64,000 nt of DNA from contig CAWJDT010000005.1 of assembly GCA_963841735.1 (NCBI GenBank), positions 128,001 through 192,000 on the forward strand, given 5' to 3'. Every line of letters starts with the position of its first letter. Positions within the stretch are counted from its first letter, which is position 1. A program made the translations under genes and the position numbers. Source of the DNA: an uncultured Actinomycetes bacterium (GTDB lineage: Bacteria; Actinomycetota; Thermoleophilia; RBG-16-64-13). The notes beneath the pieces are model-generated. The model was given only the letters and a program-made list of their open reading frames with translations. It was not told the origin of the DNA and searched no databases. This document shows positions 22,030-32,582 of this stretch, piece by piece.

Positions 22030-22365
22030 GATTCTTGGGTTGCTTCTTCCTCCTCTGCTCGGTTTCTATCATCCCTCTTCCGCCGCGAAGAGCCAAGACC
22101 ACGGCCACGCTTCCATTCGCACTTTTTGTCGGGAACCTATGGCGGGACCCGGTGCACGTTGGGGTCCGGCCGGGGGAAGCGCTGCTATCTGTATAGCGGC
22201 CTTGGGGACGGCACCGGGTTGGTGTCGTTCTGTACGGCCGAGTCTGTGTGCGCAGTCGCTTTCACCCTGGGCGGTTGGTCTTTTTGCTGGTCTCCTGCGA
22301 TGGGTTCACCCGCCGGTCTTCCTTGGTTATCGATCCTTCCCGTCGGCATCTCTCATCTTCACCGC
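22030..22365 (-). ncRNA. Putative bridge/seek RNA region of the IS
   Basis: Non-coding 3' region containing TATACAG(AT), CAGACT and ATGGAAG, which match the target flanks and donor end. Confidence 0.55.
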
Positions 22366-22367
22366 TC

Positions 22368-23450
22368 CTAGGTGGTGGGCGCAGTCTCGCCGCGGAGCCG
22401 GACGTTGCGCAGTGGCTCGTAGACCTCACCGGTCCTCCAGAGGTGCAGGAGGAGCACCGAGAGCTTGCGGGCCACCGCCACTACCGCTCGCTTCTTGCCC
22501 CGCTTGCCGCCCTGCGCGGCCAAGGCAAGACCCCAACGCCTGAGATCCGAGTCCGGGCCGAAGGGCCCGAGGATGTAGTGGGCGGCGCTCACGAGGAGCC
22601 AGCGCAGGTGCTCGTCCCCGGCTTTGGTGATGCGCAGCTGAGGCTCCAGGGAACCGGAGCTTGCCTGCCGGGGCCTGAGGCCGAGATACGAGCCCACCGA
22701 GCGGCACTTGGGGAAGCGCTCGGGATCTTCCACGGTAAGGACATAGACTGTGGCCGTAAGCGTGCCCACGCCGGGCACCTGGGAGAGAAGCGCGGTCTCT
22801 GGGTAGCGCTCCTTGGCCATGTCTTCGATCTTCTGATCGAGAGCGCGGATCTCATCGGAGATGTTCTGGATGACGGTGAGGACCGGAGCCAGGGCGGGAG
22901 CAAGCTCCTCGGGGACACACGGCCCGGCCTTTTGGGCAAAGACGTCGCTCGCGCAGGTGGGCAGGCGGCTGCCCAAGGACTTCGTGCAGCCGCGGGCATG
23001 ACTGATCAGACGGGTGCGAGCCCTGACCAGGGCATTGCGACTGCGCACAAGCGCGAGGTCGGACTGGGTCTCGGCTCTCCGATGGGTGAGGGGGGCCAGC
23101 AGCTCCGGGTCCAGACGACCGACCCGGGCCAGGTACTCGGCGTCCACCCGGTCTGACTTCGAGTCGTTCTGGTAGATGAAGCGGAGCTTGCGGGGATTGG
23201 CCACGACAACGTCGTGTCCAAGTTCGGAAAGCAGACGGCTAACCCAGGGGGAGTGGGTGCCGGCCTCGATCACGATGCGTAGCGGATCCGCCCCGGAGAA
23301 GCGGCGACGCAAGGCTTCCGGCTTGGTCGTCACCCGGCCCTCCTCGGTCACCTCGCCCGCTTCGTCGAGCACACAGATCTGACAACAACGGTCGCTCAGA
23401 TCGAGACCCACGGTCACCTTCGCTTGCTCGGTGGTGCTAGCATCGCACAT
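22368..23450 (-). CDS. IS110-family DEDD transposase/recombinase
   Basis: VGLDLS, IEAG, KSDRVDA, VPGVG, YLGLRP..SSG...ITKAG, AVARKL. Confidence 0.95.
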   Translation of the reverse strand: MCDASTTEQAKVTVGLDLSDRCCQICVLDEAGEVTEEGRVTTKPEALRRRFSGADPLRIVIEAGTHSPWVSRLLSELGHDVVVANPRKLRFIYQNDSKSDRVDAEYLARVGRLDPELLAPLTHRRAETQSDLALVRSRNALVRARTRLISHARGCTKSLGSRLPTCASDVFAQKAGPCVPEELAPALAPVLTVIQNISDEIRALDQKIEDMAKERYPETALLSQVPGVGTLTATVYVLTVEDPERFPKCRSVGSYLGLRPRQASSGSLEPQLRITKAGDEHLRWLLVSAAHYILGPFGPDSDLRRWGLALAAQGGKRGKKRAVVAVARKLSVLLLHLWRTGEVYEPLRNVRLRGETAPTT

Positions 23451-23551
23451 GGCTGGCCTCCTTCATTTGGGCCCACGAGCCCGACTCTGATTGGGGACCT
23501 CACGGTACTCCGGGGGAGGTCGGCCTTCTCATCCCATCTGTATATGCAGCC

Positions 23552-23750
23552 CTACAGGTAGTCAAGCGGACTGCGCACTCCCTGGCCACCCCCCTGGCCA
23601 CCCGGGTTAGAACATGGACGTAGATCATGGTGGTGCGGATGTCGTACCCGGCCTCCAGCAGGTGGGTGGCGAAGGAATGCCGCAACGTGTGACAGCCGAC
23701 GTGCTTGACCACGCCGGCCCGGCTCACCGCCTCCTTCATCGCGCGCAGGT
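23552..23750 (-). pseudogene. intI: Integron integrase C-terminal remnant
   Basis: [25 protein letters not shown]|TMIYVHVL...GVRSPLD; the VQELLGHxDV segment is deleted and the 5' part is missing. Confidence 0.8.
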
Positions 23751-23783
23751 GATTTTGCGGCGGGAGAAGTCGAGGCCCTTTGG

Positions 23784-24152
23784 CTAGACCCCCCGCATCG
23801 ATTGCCGGTACAGCGCGACCTGCGATTCGGACATCTTCTCCACCCACATAACCAGCAGGGCCTTGAGGTCCTCGCTCTGGTCGGAGACCGGCCCGTCCCC
23901 AGCCTCAAGCCTATCCAGCACCTCGAACTCGAACGCTTCCGAGCCCAGCTCTGTCCAGTCCGCCTGAAGCTCCTTGTCTGGGTGTGAACCCAAATCGAGC
24001 TGGAACCTCTGGCGGTTCAGCATTCCTGGGAGATTGGGACTCGACCCGATCAGCGACTTCCCGGTCTGCGTGTTGCGCACGAGGTAGATGCCCGCGGGCT
24101 GCGGAGTCTCCTTGTACTCGCGGATGAGCGCTTTGCGGTCTATGCTTGTCAC
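23784..24152 (-). CDS. Small GIY-YIG-family protein
   Basis: AGIYLVRN...LIGSS.NL...NRQRFQL...LQADW...FEFEVL. Confidence 0.75.
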   Translation of the reverse strand: MTSIDRKALIREYKETPQPAGIYLVRNTQTGKSLIGSSPNLPGMLNRQRFQLDLGSHPDKELQADWTELGSEAFEFEVLDRLEAGDGPVSDQSEDLKALLVMWVEKMSESQVALYRQSMRGV

Positions 24153-24189
24153 CAGTTCAGCTCCTGCTCGGTTGTGTTGGCGAGTGACC

Positions 24190-25182
24190 TCATGTGGCCA
24201 CCCCGGCATATATGCTTAGAATGCTATCCATTTCCGCGTTCACAGCCGCGTCTACCACCCGCCGCTCCTCGTCGGCCGCAAACCAGTCAAGGGCCCGGCG
24301 GATGCCATCCCGGAAGGGGATGGTGGCCCGAAAGCCGGGCACGAACTCCTTGATCTTGCTGTTGTCGAAAGCGACGCTCCACGTCTTGTCGCCCAACAGG
24401 CTCCCAGCCAGTTCCGGCACCACCTTCGCGATGAAATCGGAGGGGATGTGCACGATCTTCGCCTCGACCCCCAGCGCCTCGGCGATGCCCTGGTATATCT
24501 GATTCCAGGTGAGCACCTCGTCGGTGGTGATGTGAAACGCCTCGCCCAGCGCCCGCTCGTTGCCCAGCAGCCCCAAAAGCCCCTGCGCCAAGTCGTCGGC
24601 GTGCGTCACCACCCAGAGCGACGAGCCATCGCCATGAACTATGACCGGCAGGCCCCGCAACAGCCGGTCGGCCAGCGTGTAGGTGCCCCACCCCCCGAGT
24701 GCGATGGGGAGGTTGGCGCCGTAGGTCATCGAGGGACGGACGATGGTGGCGGGAAAGCCCTCTTCGCGGTACGCCTGCATGAGTCTCCTCTCGCAGGCGA
24801 TCTTGCCGCGGGCGTAATCCCAGAACGGGTTGCTCAGCGGCGTCGACTCAGTGATGAGGTAGTGGTCGGGCGGCTTCTGGTAAGCGGAGGCCGAGCTGAT
24901 GAAGACGTACTGCTTCACCCGCCCTCGAAAGAGGCTGAGGTCGCGCTCGATATCATCCGCGGTATAGGCGACCCAATCGACCACAACGTCAAAGTCCAGA
25001 CCCTGAAGAGCGGCGCGGACCTCCTCGGGGCGGTGTATGTCGGCGACCATGCTATGGCTGCCGGGCATATCCGCGATGCGCGCTCCGCGATTGAGCAGAT
25101 AGAGGTCGAGCCCTCTGGAGATCGCCATCCTGCTGGCCGCGGCGCTGATCATCCCAGTGCCGCCGATAAACAGAACCCTCAT
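24190..25182 (-). CDS. NAD-dependent epimerase/dehydratase (extended SDR)
   Basis: FIGGTGMIS, FISSASAY, YARGK. Confidence 0.9.
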   Translation of the reverse strand: MRVLFIGGTGMISAAASRMAISRGLDLYLLNRGARIADMPGSHSMVADIHRPEEVRAALQGLDFDVVVDWVAYTADDIERDLSLFRGRVKQYVFISSASAYQKPPDHYLITESTPLSNPFWDYARGKIACERRLMQAYREEGFPATIVRPSMTYGANLPIALGGWGTYTLADRLLRGLPVIVHGDGSSLWVVTHADDLAQGLLGLLGNERALGEAFHITTDEVLTWNQIYQGIAEALGVEAKIVHIPSDFIAKVVPELAGSLLGDKTWSVAFDNSKIKEFVPGFRATIPFRDGIRRALDWFAADEERRVVDAAVNAEMDSILSIYAGVAT

Positions 25183-25245
25183 GACCCGCGGCCCCTTTCG
25201 CTTGGCTGCCGAACAGGTAGGCTTCGCGCTCGTGTTGCGCCGCCG

Positions 25246-26121
25246 CTAGGCGGCGCCCAGCAACTCCACCATCGCCCGGATGTGGGCCGGGGACGTACCG
25301 CAGCAACCACCGAGCAGCCGCGCTCCTGCCTGCAGGCACTCACGCACCCCGGAGGCAAAATCGGCAGGCGACATTTCAAAGACCGTCTCACCGTCTACCA
25401 GCCTGGGCCTGCCCGCATTCGGCTGCGCTATGATCGGCAGAGAGGTGCCCTGCCGCATTTCGGTGACTATTCCGGCCATCTCCGCTGGGTCGAGGCTGCC
25501 GCAGTTGGTTCCCACCGCGCACGCTCCCGCTTCGGCGAGGGCCTGGGCACACTCCCGGGCTGTGTTGCCCATGACGGTCCGCCCCCCGTTCTTGAGCGTG
25601 CTGAAAGATATGCTTGCGATAACCGGCAGGTCGCAGGCTTCCTTGGAAGCTCGCACGGCACATAGGGCTTCGCGCAGATCGATCATGGTCTCGATGATCA
25701 GGCCGTCTACCCCACCCTCGGCCAGAATCGTGGCCTGCTGGACGAAGGTCGCGAAGGCTTCGTCCTCTGGAAGCTTGCCGTAAGGTTGCAGCATCTTGCC
25801 GGTGGAGCCCATGTCGCCCAGCACGTACTGGCCCTCGCCGGCCGCGGCCTTGGCGAGCCGGGCTCCGGCCAGATTGACCTCGCGCACCTCCACGCCCACT
25901 TTGTGGGAGCTGAGGTTGACGCCGTTCATGGTGAGGGTGTTGGTGATGAGCAGATGGATGCCGCAACCGGCGTACTGCTGGTGCACCGCCAGCACCGCAT
26001 CCGGATTGGTGACGTTGTTCTGGCCACCCATCTCCAGCCCGGCCTCTCCCAACTGGGTGCCCATGGCGCCGTCAAGAAAGATAGGCGTCTTGTCACTGGA
26101 AAGAAGCTCTAGCAGGTTCAT
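25246..26121 (-). CDS. Homocysteine S-methyltransferase domain protein (split MetH-type)
   Basis: LDGAMGT, GTNC, QPNAG, GGCCGT zinc motif. Confidence 0.9.
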   Translation of the reverse strand: MNLLELLSSDKTPIFLDGAMGTQLGEAGLEMGGQNNVTNPDAVLAVHQQYAGCGIHLLITNTLTMNGVNLSSHKVGVEVREVNLAGARLAKAAAGEGQYVLGDMGSTGKMLQPYGKLPEDEAFATFVQQATILAEGGVDGLIIETMIDLREALCAVRASKEACDLPVIASISFSTLKNGGRTVMGNTARECAQALAEAGACAVGTNCGSLDPAEMAGIVTEMRQGTSLPIIAQPNAGRPRLVDGETVFEMSPADFASGVRECLQAGARLLGGCCGTSPAHIRAMVELLGAA

Positions 26122-26168
26122 TCGCTCTCCTCGCTGCACACCGTTTTGGGGCCGTCGCCCCGACTATC

Positions 26169-26693
26169 CTATTGTACCGTGGGCCCGGCCGCCGTGGCCT
26201 CAGTCGAGCCGGACTCAGTCGCAGCGACCTTTTCAAGGTGAGCGAGACTGACGGCGTCTGAGAACCACTCCACCCCGGTGACAACGTAGCCGTGACGCTG
26301 GTAGAGCCGAAGGTTCGGCTCGCTCTTGCTCCCGGTGAAGAGCTCGTACTTGGCAACGCTGGGGAAGCGAGCTTCGACCTCCCGCAGGAGCTGCGAACCT
26401 ATCCCCCGCCCTTGGAGATCGGGGTGGACCATGAGCCGCCCGATGTAGCACACACCCGCCGTGACCTTGGCCTTCACCGAGCCGATCAGTCGTCCGTCCA
26501 CGGTCGCTTTGAGCACGAGAGTCGTCGCGAACTCCTCATGCAACTCGGCCAAAGTCTGGGTCAACGGCGAGATCGACCAGTCACCGTAGAGCCTCGCCTC
26601 CGCCTCATACGCCAACTTCTGAAGAGCAAGTATGGCCTCGGCGTCGTCAAGCGAGGCTACAGATATCGCCGCTAGGGCCGGTGCGGACGTCAA
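26169..26693 (-). CDS. GNAT N-acetyltransferase
   Basis: IGRLMVHPDLQGRGIG, LFTG..S..NLRLYQRHGY. Confidence 0.88.
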   Translation of the reverse strand: MTSAPALAAISVASLDDAEAILALQKLAYEAEARLYGDWSISPLTQTLAELHEEFATTLVLKATVDGRLIGSVKAKVTAGVCYIGRLMVHPDLQGRGIGSQLLREVEARFPSVAKYELFTGSKSEPNLRLYQRHGYVVTGVEWFSDAVSLAHLEKVAATESGSTEATAAGPTVQ

Positions 26694-26709
26694 AAACCGC
26701 CCCCGCCAA

Positions 26710-27147
26710 TCACTTGGCCAATCGCCCGAACCTCTTCCAAAGCCAACGGTGGAACGCGTGCACCGACTGCACCGGCTGCGCGTACATGAGCACGCAGGCT
26801 CCGGACACCACCGGCATGCCGTTGGCTTCGCACAGGTCGATGGCCGCCTGCGACTGACACCCGTTCTGGATCCACACCCGGGGTATCCCTGCCGCGATGG
26901 CTTCTTTGACCGCCTGCTCGGCGTATGGCTTGGAGACGGCGATGATGACCCCCTCCACCGGCTCCTTGAGAGTGCTCAGGCGCGGCTCGGTGACCGTATC
27001 GCTCAAGTACACGACGGTCACGTCGTATCCCTTGGGCTTGAGCTCCTCATCGATCTTCGCGCCGGCTACCGCTTTTGTCGGAGCCGACCGGACCAGCGCC
27101 AGCTTCTTGTGGCCTAGGAACTCGTCGATCATCGCTTGGGTAGCCAT
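26710..27147 (-). CDS. CoA-binding domain protein
   Basis: GIPRVWIQNG...GACVLMY pattern. Confidence 0.75.
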   Translation of the reverse strand: MATQAMIDEFLGHKKLALVRSAPTKAVAGAKIDEELKPKGYDVTVVYLSDTVTEPRLSTLKEPVEGVIIAVSKPYAEQAVKEAIAAGIPRVWIQNGCQSQAAIDLCEANGMPVVSGACVLMYAQPVQSVHAFHRWLWKRFGRLAK

Positions 27148-27159
27148 TAGCTCACACTC

Positions 27160-28460
27160 CTATAGATAGTAGATGTCTATCGGCGTACCCGTGGGGATCT
27201 GGTAGTACAGCTCTTCGCACATCCACATGGGCACCCGCACGCATCCGTGGCTGGCCGGCCAAGGCGGCACACTCGGGTATCCGTGGATGGCCGTCTTGCT
27301 GACGACGTAGGAGGGGTAGTAGAAGTAGCCCTCCAGCGTGACCAGCTTGACCGTGCCCGGGATCTTGGTCCCGATCGTGAAGTGGCCGGTGCGCGTGCCC
27401 TTCTTGCCGGTGGACACATGCACGATCTTCCAGACCCTGTTGTTGTCTACGAGCATCAGCACCTGGCGGCTGAGGTCCACTTCGATGCGATAGCCGTCGG
27501 CGGTGATGTGAGGAGCTGGTGCTTGGGCGGTGAAGATGTGCTCCCACGCGCTCGCCCCCACCACTCCGTCCCTGGTCAGTCGTTCGACCTTCTGAAAGGC
27601 CATCACCGCGTCGCGGGTGGACTTGTCGTAGACCCCATCGATGGGACCGGGGCAGTAGCCAAGAGCCGTGCAGCCGGGATTCCACGTAGCTCACCAACGG
27701 CCCCTTCGAGTCGATGGACAGCCGGGGATAGCCGGACACCGCTTCCACCGCCACCGGCAGGGCGCCCTTTGGCTGGATGGGCTGCACGAAGGCACGGTAG
27801 AGCATCAGCGCCGCCTGCGCCCGGCTGAGAGGAAAGTCGGGGAAGAACCACCCGTCGGCTCCCCCGCTGGTTATGCCCAACCGGAAGGCGTTGGCGACGG
27901 CCCAGGCGTTCTTGGCATCGATCATGGTGCGATCACGGAAGCCAGCCAGGCAGGCAGCCTGCTCGACCTGCGGCAGGCGGTAGGGCAACGACGAAGTCGG
28001 GGTCATTGGCCACCCGGTATCCGAGCGCGGCCGCCACCCATGCGGCCGCATCCTCGCGGGTCACCGGCTCGTCAGGCGAGAAGGTGGCCGGGCCGGAGCC
28101 GGACAATAGCCCCGCCTGAGACATGGCCCCCACCGCCCCCGCATACCACTCGTCGGCGGCGACATCGGAGAAGACCTGGGAGGCCACCCCGGGCAGACCC
28201 AGAGCGCGAGCCAGATAGCCCGCCAACTGCCCCCGGGTTACGAGATCTTCGGGAATGAACGAGGCGGCGTCGCGGCCCGCCAAGATGCCCGCGTCGGCGA
28301 GCGCCTGCACTGCGGCAGTCACTTCGGAGTCGGGCCGAGCGGCCGCCGGCGTCTCGGCCAGCGCCGCCGCTGGAGAGACGGCGAAGACCAGGGCGGCCAG
28401 AAGCCCAGCGGCAAGAGCCGTCACCGATTCACGATAGCGAAACGACAAAAGTCCGTGCAT
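27160..28460 (-). CDS. SLH-domain and peptidoglycan-binding L,D-transpeptidase (frameshifted)
   Basis: Signal peptide, SLH repeats (VTRGQLA, FSDV..WY, LSRAQAA), AFQ..DGVVG, AIHG...SHGCVR. Confidence 0.8.
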
Positions 28461-28542
28461 AATCTCGCGTATCGTAGGGTACTTCCCTTGCCAAGTCAAC
28501 GAACCGGGCATCCTGCGCCCGGTGCAGTCGGAAGGGGACAGC

Positions 28543-28798
28543 ATGGATCAGCCTAAGGTCTTCGTATACGCACTCAGCACCTGCGGTCACTGCAGAAACG
28601 CCAAGAAGCTACTGGATGAGCACGGCGTGCAGCTACGACTTCGTCGACGTCGACCTTCTGCCCAGAGAAGAGCTCAAGACGGTCCTGGAAGAAGTCGCCA
28701 AATACAATCCGCAGCGGTCCTTCCCCACAATCCTCATCGGCGACACGGTCATCGTCGGCGATCGGGAACTCGAGATCTTGGAGGCATTGGGCCTATGA
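28543..28798 (+). CDS. Glutaredoxin-like protein (frameshifted)
   Basis: YALSTCGHC, SFPTILIG. Confidence 0.85.
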
Positions 28799-29154
28799 GC
28801 GACGTGCAGGACATGTATGAACGCTTAAAGAGGGTCAACGAACCCAAGGGCTACTTCTTCAGCAACAACAACGATCTGGCGATGCAGCTCATCGCCGGAC
28901 TCCTCACTAACAAGGAACGATACGGCTACATGTGCTGCCCCTGCCGCTTGGCCTCGGGCGACCGCGATACCGACAAGGACATCATCTGCCCATGCGACTA
29001 TCGCGAAGCAGACGTCAAGGAATACGGCACCTGTTTCTGCAGCCTATACGCATCCAAAGAGTGGAACGAGGGCACCATCCCCCACGTCACGGTGCCCGAG
29101 CGCCGGCCACCCGAGAAGTCCGATTGGCTGACGTGGCCAAGCGAAGACGCGTAG
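28795..29154 (+). CDS. Ferredoxin-thioredoxin reductase catalytic subunit-like
   Basis: CPCR, ICPC, CFCSLY motifs; ATGA overlap with grx. Confidence 0.88.
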   Translation: MSDVQDMYERLKRVNEPKGYFFSNNNDLAMQLIAGLLTNKERYGYMCCPCRLASGDRDTDKDIICPCDYREADVKEYGTCFCSLYASKEWNEGTIPHVTVPERRPPEKSDWLTWPSEDA

Positions 29155-29322
29155 GGCGGCAGCCGACTAGCAGCCGGGGACCTCTTATGGAGGCCTTCAC
29201 CCGGCATTCGGCGGCAGCGTCCGCCGGTCATCCGATAGGAGCAGTCCCCGGCCGTATGCTAGCCTAGAAACCGGAACGAAAACGGGGTGCGCCGGCTGCG
29301 TGCCCGGGGTGACGGAGGCGAG

Positions 29323-30939
29323 TTGGAACTACCGGAGAGAGGCAAGGTCCTAGTTGCCGAGCTGATGGAGGACGAAGCCATCGCGCTGCTCGCCGCGGCC
29401 TGCGAAGTCGACGTCAAGTATCGCTTGAGCCGCGAGGAGATCCTCGCCATCATCCCTGAGTATCAGGGCATAATCGTGCGCAGCGAGACCATCATCGACA
29501 AGGATCTGCTCGACGCGGCCACCAACCTGCGCATCGTAGGTCGCGCGGGCTCCGGGCTCGACAACATAGACGTACCCTCCGCCACCCAAAAGGGCGTCAT
29601 CGTCTGCAACACCCCGGAGAGCAACGTGGTCTCGGCCGCGGAGCATACCGTGGGCCTCCTGCTTGCCAGCAGCCGCAACATCCCCTGGGCCGACCGCTTC
29701 ATCAAGAGCGGCCAGTGGGGCCGCAAGCAGTTCGAGGGCAGCGAGCTCTACGGCAAGACCTTGGGGATCATCGGGCTGGGCCGCATAGGCGGGTTGGTGT
29801 CGCAGCGCGCCCGTGGCTTCGCCATGCGGGTCATCGCCTACGACCCCTACATCACCGATTCCCGCTTCGCCAACCTGAGCGTCGAGAAGAGTGACACTCT
29901 GGAGGAACTGCTCAAGGAGTCGGACTTCATCACCATCCATACCCCCAGGACCAAAGAGACCTTGAACATGATCGACGACGCCCAGATCGCGCTCATGAAG
30001 CCGGGGGTCCGCTTGGTCAATTGCGCGCGCGGCGGGCTCTTCAACGAGGAGGCCTTGGCCCGCGGGCTCAAGTCGGGACATATCGCCTCTGTCGGCATCG
30101 ACACCTGGGTGAACGAGCCGCAGAGCGGCCACCCTCTCTATGAGTTCGACAACGTGGTGGGCACCCCCCACCTGGGCGCCTCCACCTTCGAGGCCTCGCG
30201 GCGGGTGGGCCACGAAGTGGTGGCTGAAGTGATCGCGGGGCTGCAGGGCGATATCGTCAAGAACGCCGTCAACATCCCCACCGTCTCGGAGGAAGTCGTT
30301 CGCGAAGCTGCAGATGTTCATCCGGCTGGCCGGGCAGATGGGCGCCCTCTACCGCCAGATCCGGCGCGGCAAGCGTCAAGCGGGTGGAGATCGTCTTTGC
30401 CGGCCGCGAGATCGACGACCCGGCCGATGCCAAGATCCTGTCTCTGGTCGCGCTAAAAGGCGTGCTGGAGGGAAGCATGGCCTCGGGAAGCGTCAACTTC
30501 GTCAACGCCGGCTTGGTGGCCGAGCAGATGGGCATCGAGGTATGCGAGACCATAAGCCTCGAGAGCGGCGACTACCGCAACCTCATCCGCCTGGTCGTCA
30601 CCGAAGGCGACGGTAACACCTTCGCGGTGGCCGGCACCGTGCTCGACCGCAAGCACCCGCGCATCGTGCAGATAGGGGAGTTCCCCATCAGCTTCACCCC
30701 GGAGGGCAAGCTGGCCTATGTGCCCCACAGGAACGTCCCCGGAGTCATCGGGCGCGTGTGCACCATACATGGGCGACTACGGGGTGAACATCTCCCGAAT
30801 GGCCACTTCGAGCGGGCTCAACAACGCCGCCAGAGACTCCATCATGATCCTCGGGCTCGACAACGACGTGCCCCAGGAAGCCATTGACCGCTGTTTGGAG
30901 ATGGAGCAGATCCACGAGATGATGGTCATCGACTTCTGA
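29323..30939 (+). CDS. serA: D-3-phosphoglycerate dehydrogenase with ASB/ACT domains (frameshifted)
   Basis: GRAGSGLDNID, SAAEH, GLGRIG, NCARGG, TPHLGAST, NVPGVIG. Confidence 0.9.
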
Positions 30940-31152
30940 CCTCCGGTCCCGGAGCAAGCCGCTGGAACACGGCGGCCTCAAGTGGTTAGAATGGCTTCAT
31001 GTTTGCAGGGTGAAACAGCCGCCCGCGGGCTTCGCAGCGCCGTGACGCCCGCGCGCCAGGTAGAGGGGAAAGGAGGTCCCACCGAGCGTTTGACGGCGAT
31101 CGCCCGCACGCTGGGGCTGCCAATCGACAAGAAGTGAGAGGTGCTTCGAATA

Positions 31153-32468
31153 ATGACCAAATCCCGTTCGCGCCGCGTCTTAATCAGCAGCGCACTCGTT
31201 GTCCTAGCTCGTTCTCATCGGTCTGTTCGCCGCCGCGTGCGGCGGCAGCGACGAGACCACCACCACAGCCGCACCCGGCACCGGTGACGACCACCGCCAC
31301 CACAGCCGCACCCGACACGGGCGGCTCTACCACCACCGCTGCCGTCACCGAGGAGTTCGTCTTCGGCATGGTGCTCGTCGGCCCCTACAACGACGGTGGC
31401 TGGAGCCAGGCCAACTATGATGGCGGCCTCTACGTCGCAGGACAACATGCCCGGCTCGAAGATGGTCTACATCGACAAAGCCAACTCCGCCGACCGTCCT
31501 GGCACCACCGTCGAGCAACTGGCCGAGGAACTGGTCGCCGAGGGCGCCAAGATGATCTTCTTCACCTCCGACGACATGAAGGACGGCGCTATCGCCTTCG
31601 CCGACCGCCCATCCGGAGATCCCGGTGGTGCATAGCTCCGGCGACGGCGCCTGGACGGACGGCAAGGACTTCAAGAACCTGCCCAACCTCAGCAACGTCA
31701 TGGGCAAGATGGAATACGGCAAGATGATCGCCGGCGTCGCCGCCGCCCTCACCACCAAGACCGGCAAGATCGGGTACCTCGGCCCGCTGATCAACGACGA
31801 GACCCGCCGCCTGGCCGCCTCCGTCTATCTGGGCGCCAGGTACGCCTGGACGGAATACCTGGGCAAAGACCCGGCCGACCTCAAGTTCACGGTCAACTGG
31901 ATCGGCTTCTGGTTCAACATCCCCGGAGTCACGTCCGACCCGACCCAGGTGGCCGACAACTTCTTCAACCAGGGCTGCGACGTGGTCATCTCGGGCATCG
32001 ACACCACCGAAGCCATGGCTGAGGCCAAGAAGATGACCGACTCCGGCAAGCAGGTCTTCGCCATTCCCGTACGACTACGTCGGCGCGCTCGAGCAGGCTC
32101 CCGCGGTCGCCCTGGGTGTGCCCTACTTCAACTGGGGCCCGCGAGTACCTGAAGGCCGTCACCGCGGCCCGCGACGGCGAGTTTGGTCGAGCTACTGGGA
32201 CTGGGTCGGTCCCGATTGGGCCGACATCAACAACCTCGACACGTCCATGATCGGCTTCGTGAAGGGTGAAGGCCTCTCCGCCGAAGCTTCCGCCAAGGTC
32301 GACGAGTTCATCGCCGCACTGGCCGGCGGTCTGAACCTCTGGACCGGCCCGCTGAATCTGCAGGACGGCACCGCCTACCTCGCCGACGGCGAAGTGGCCA
32401 CCGACCAGCAGGTCTGGTACCTGCCTCAGTTGCTCGAGGGCATGGAAGGCCAGAGCGTAGCCGAGTAG
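31153..32468 (+). CDS. BMP-family ABC substrate-binding lipoprotein (frameshifted)
   Basis: VGPYNDGGWSQA, TKTGKIGYLG, WIGFWF, YFNWGP. Confidence 0.85.
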
Positions 32469-32501
32469 ATCCTTCGACCTTGACGAAGAACGTATCCGAG
32501 C

Positions 32502-32533
32502 GAAAGGGGAGACCACGCGTGGTCTCCCCTTTC
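32502..32533 (+). terminator. Perfect 32-bp palindrome; terminator or mRNA-stabilising hairpin
   Basis: GAAAGGGGAGACCACGCGTGGTCTCCCCTTTC after the BMP stop. Confidence 0.7.
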
Positions 32534-32582
32534 TGTTCTACTGATCGTAGACCTAACCCGAAACCGATAGACCCCGAGGCCC

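Larger units (their letters stand above)
21999..23539 (-). mobile_element. IS110-family (IS1111-type) insertion sequence
   Basis: Subterminal imperfect IRs ATGAGAAG(G)CCG.CC at ~22004-22017 and ~23518-23532; CT/AG core at both ends (21999-22000, 23538-23539); TTGACA near the right end; long 3' non-coding region. Confidence 0.85.

Noticed and set aside
28522-29154. Apparent Grx-FTR single ORF
   Set aside because: The Grx C-terminus is in another frame ending at 28798, overlapping the FTR ATG
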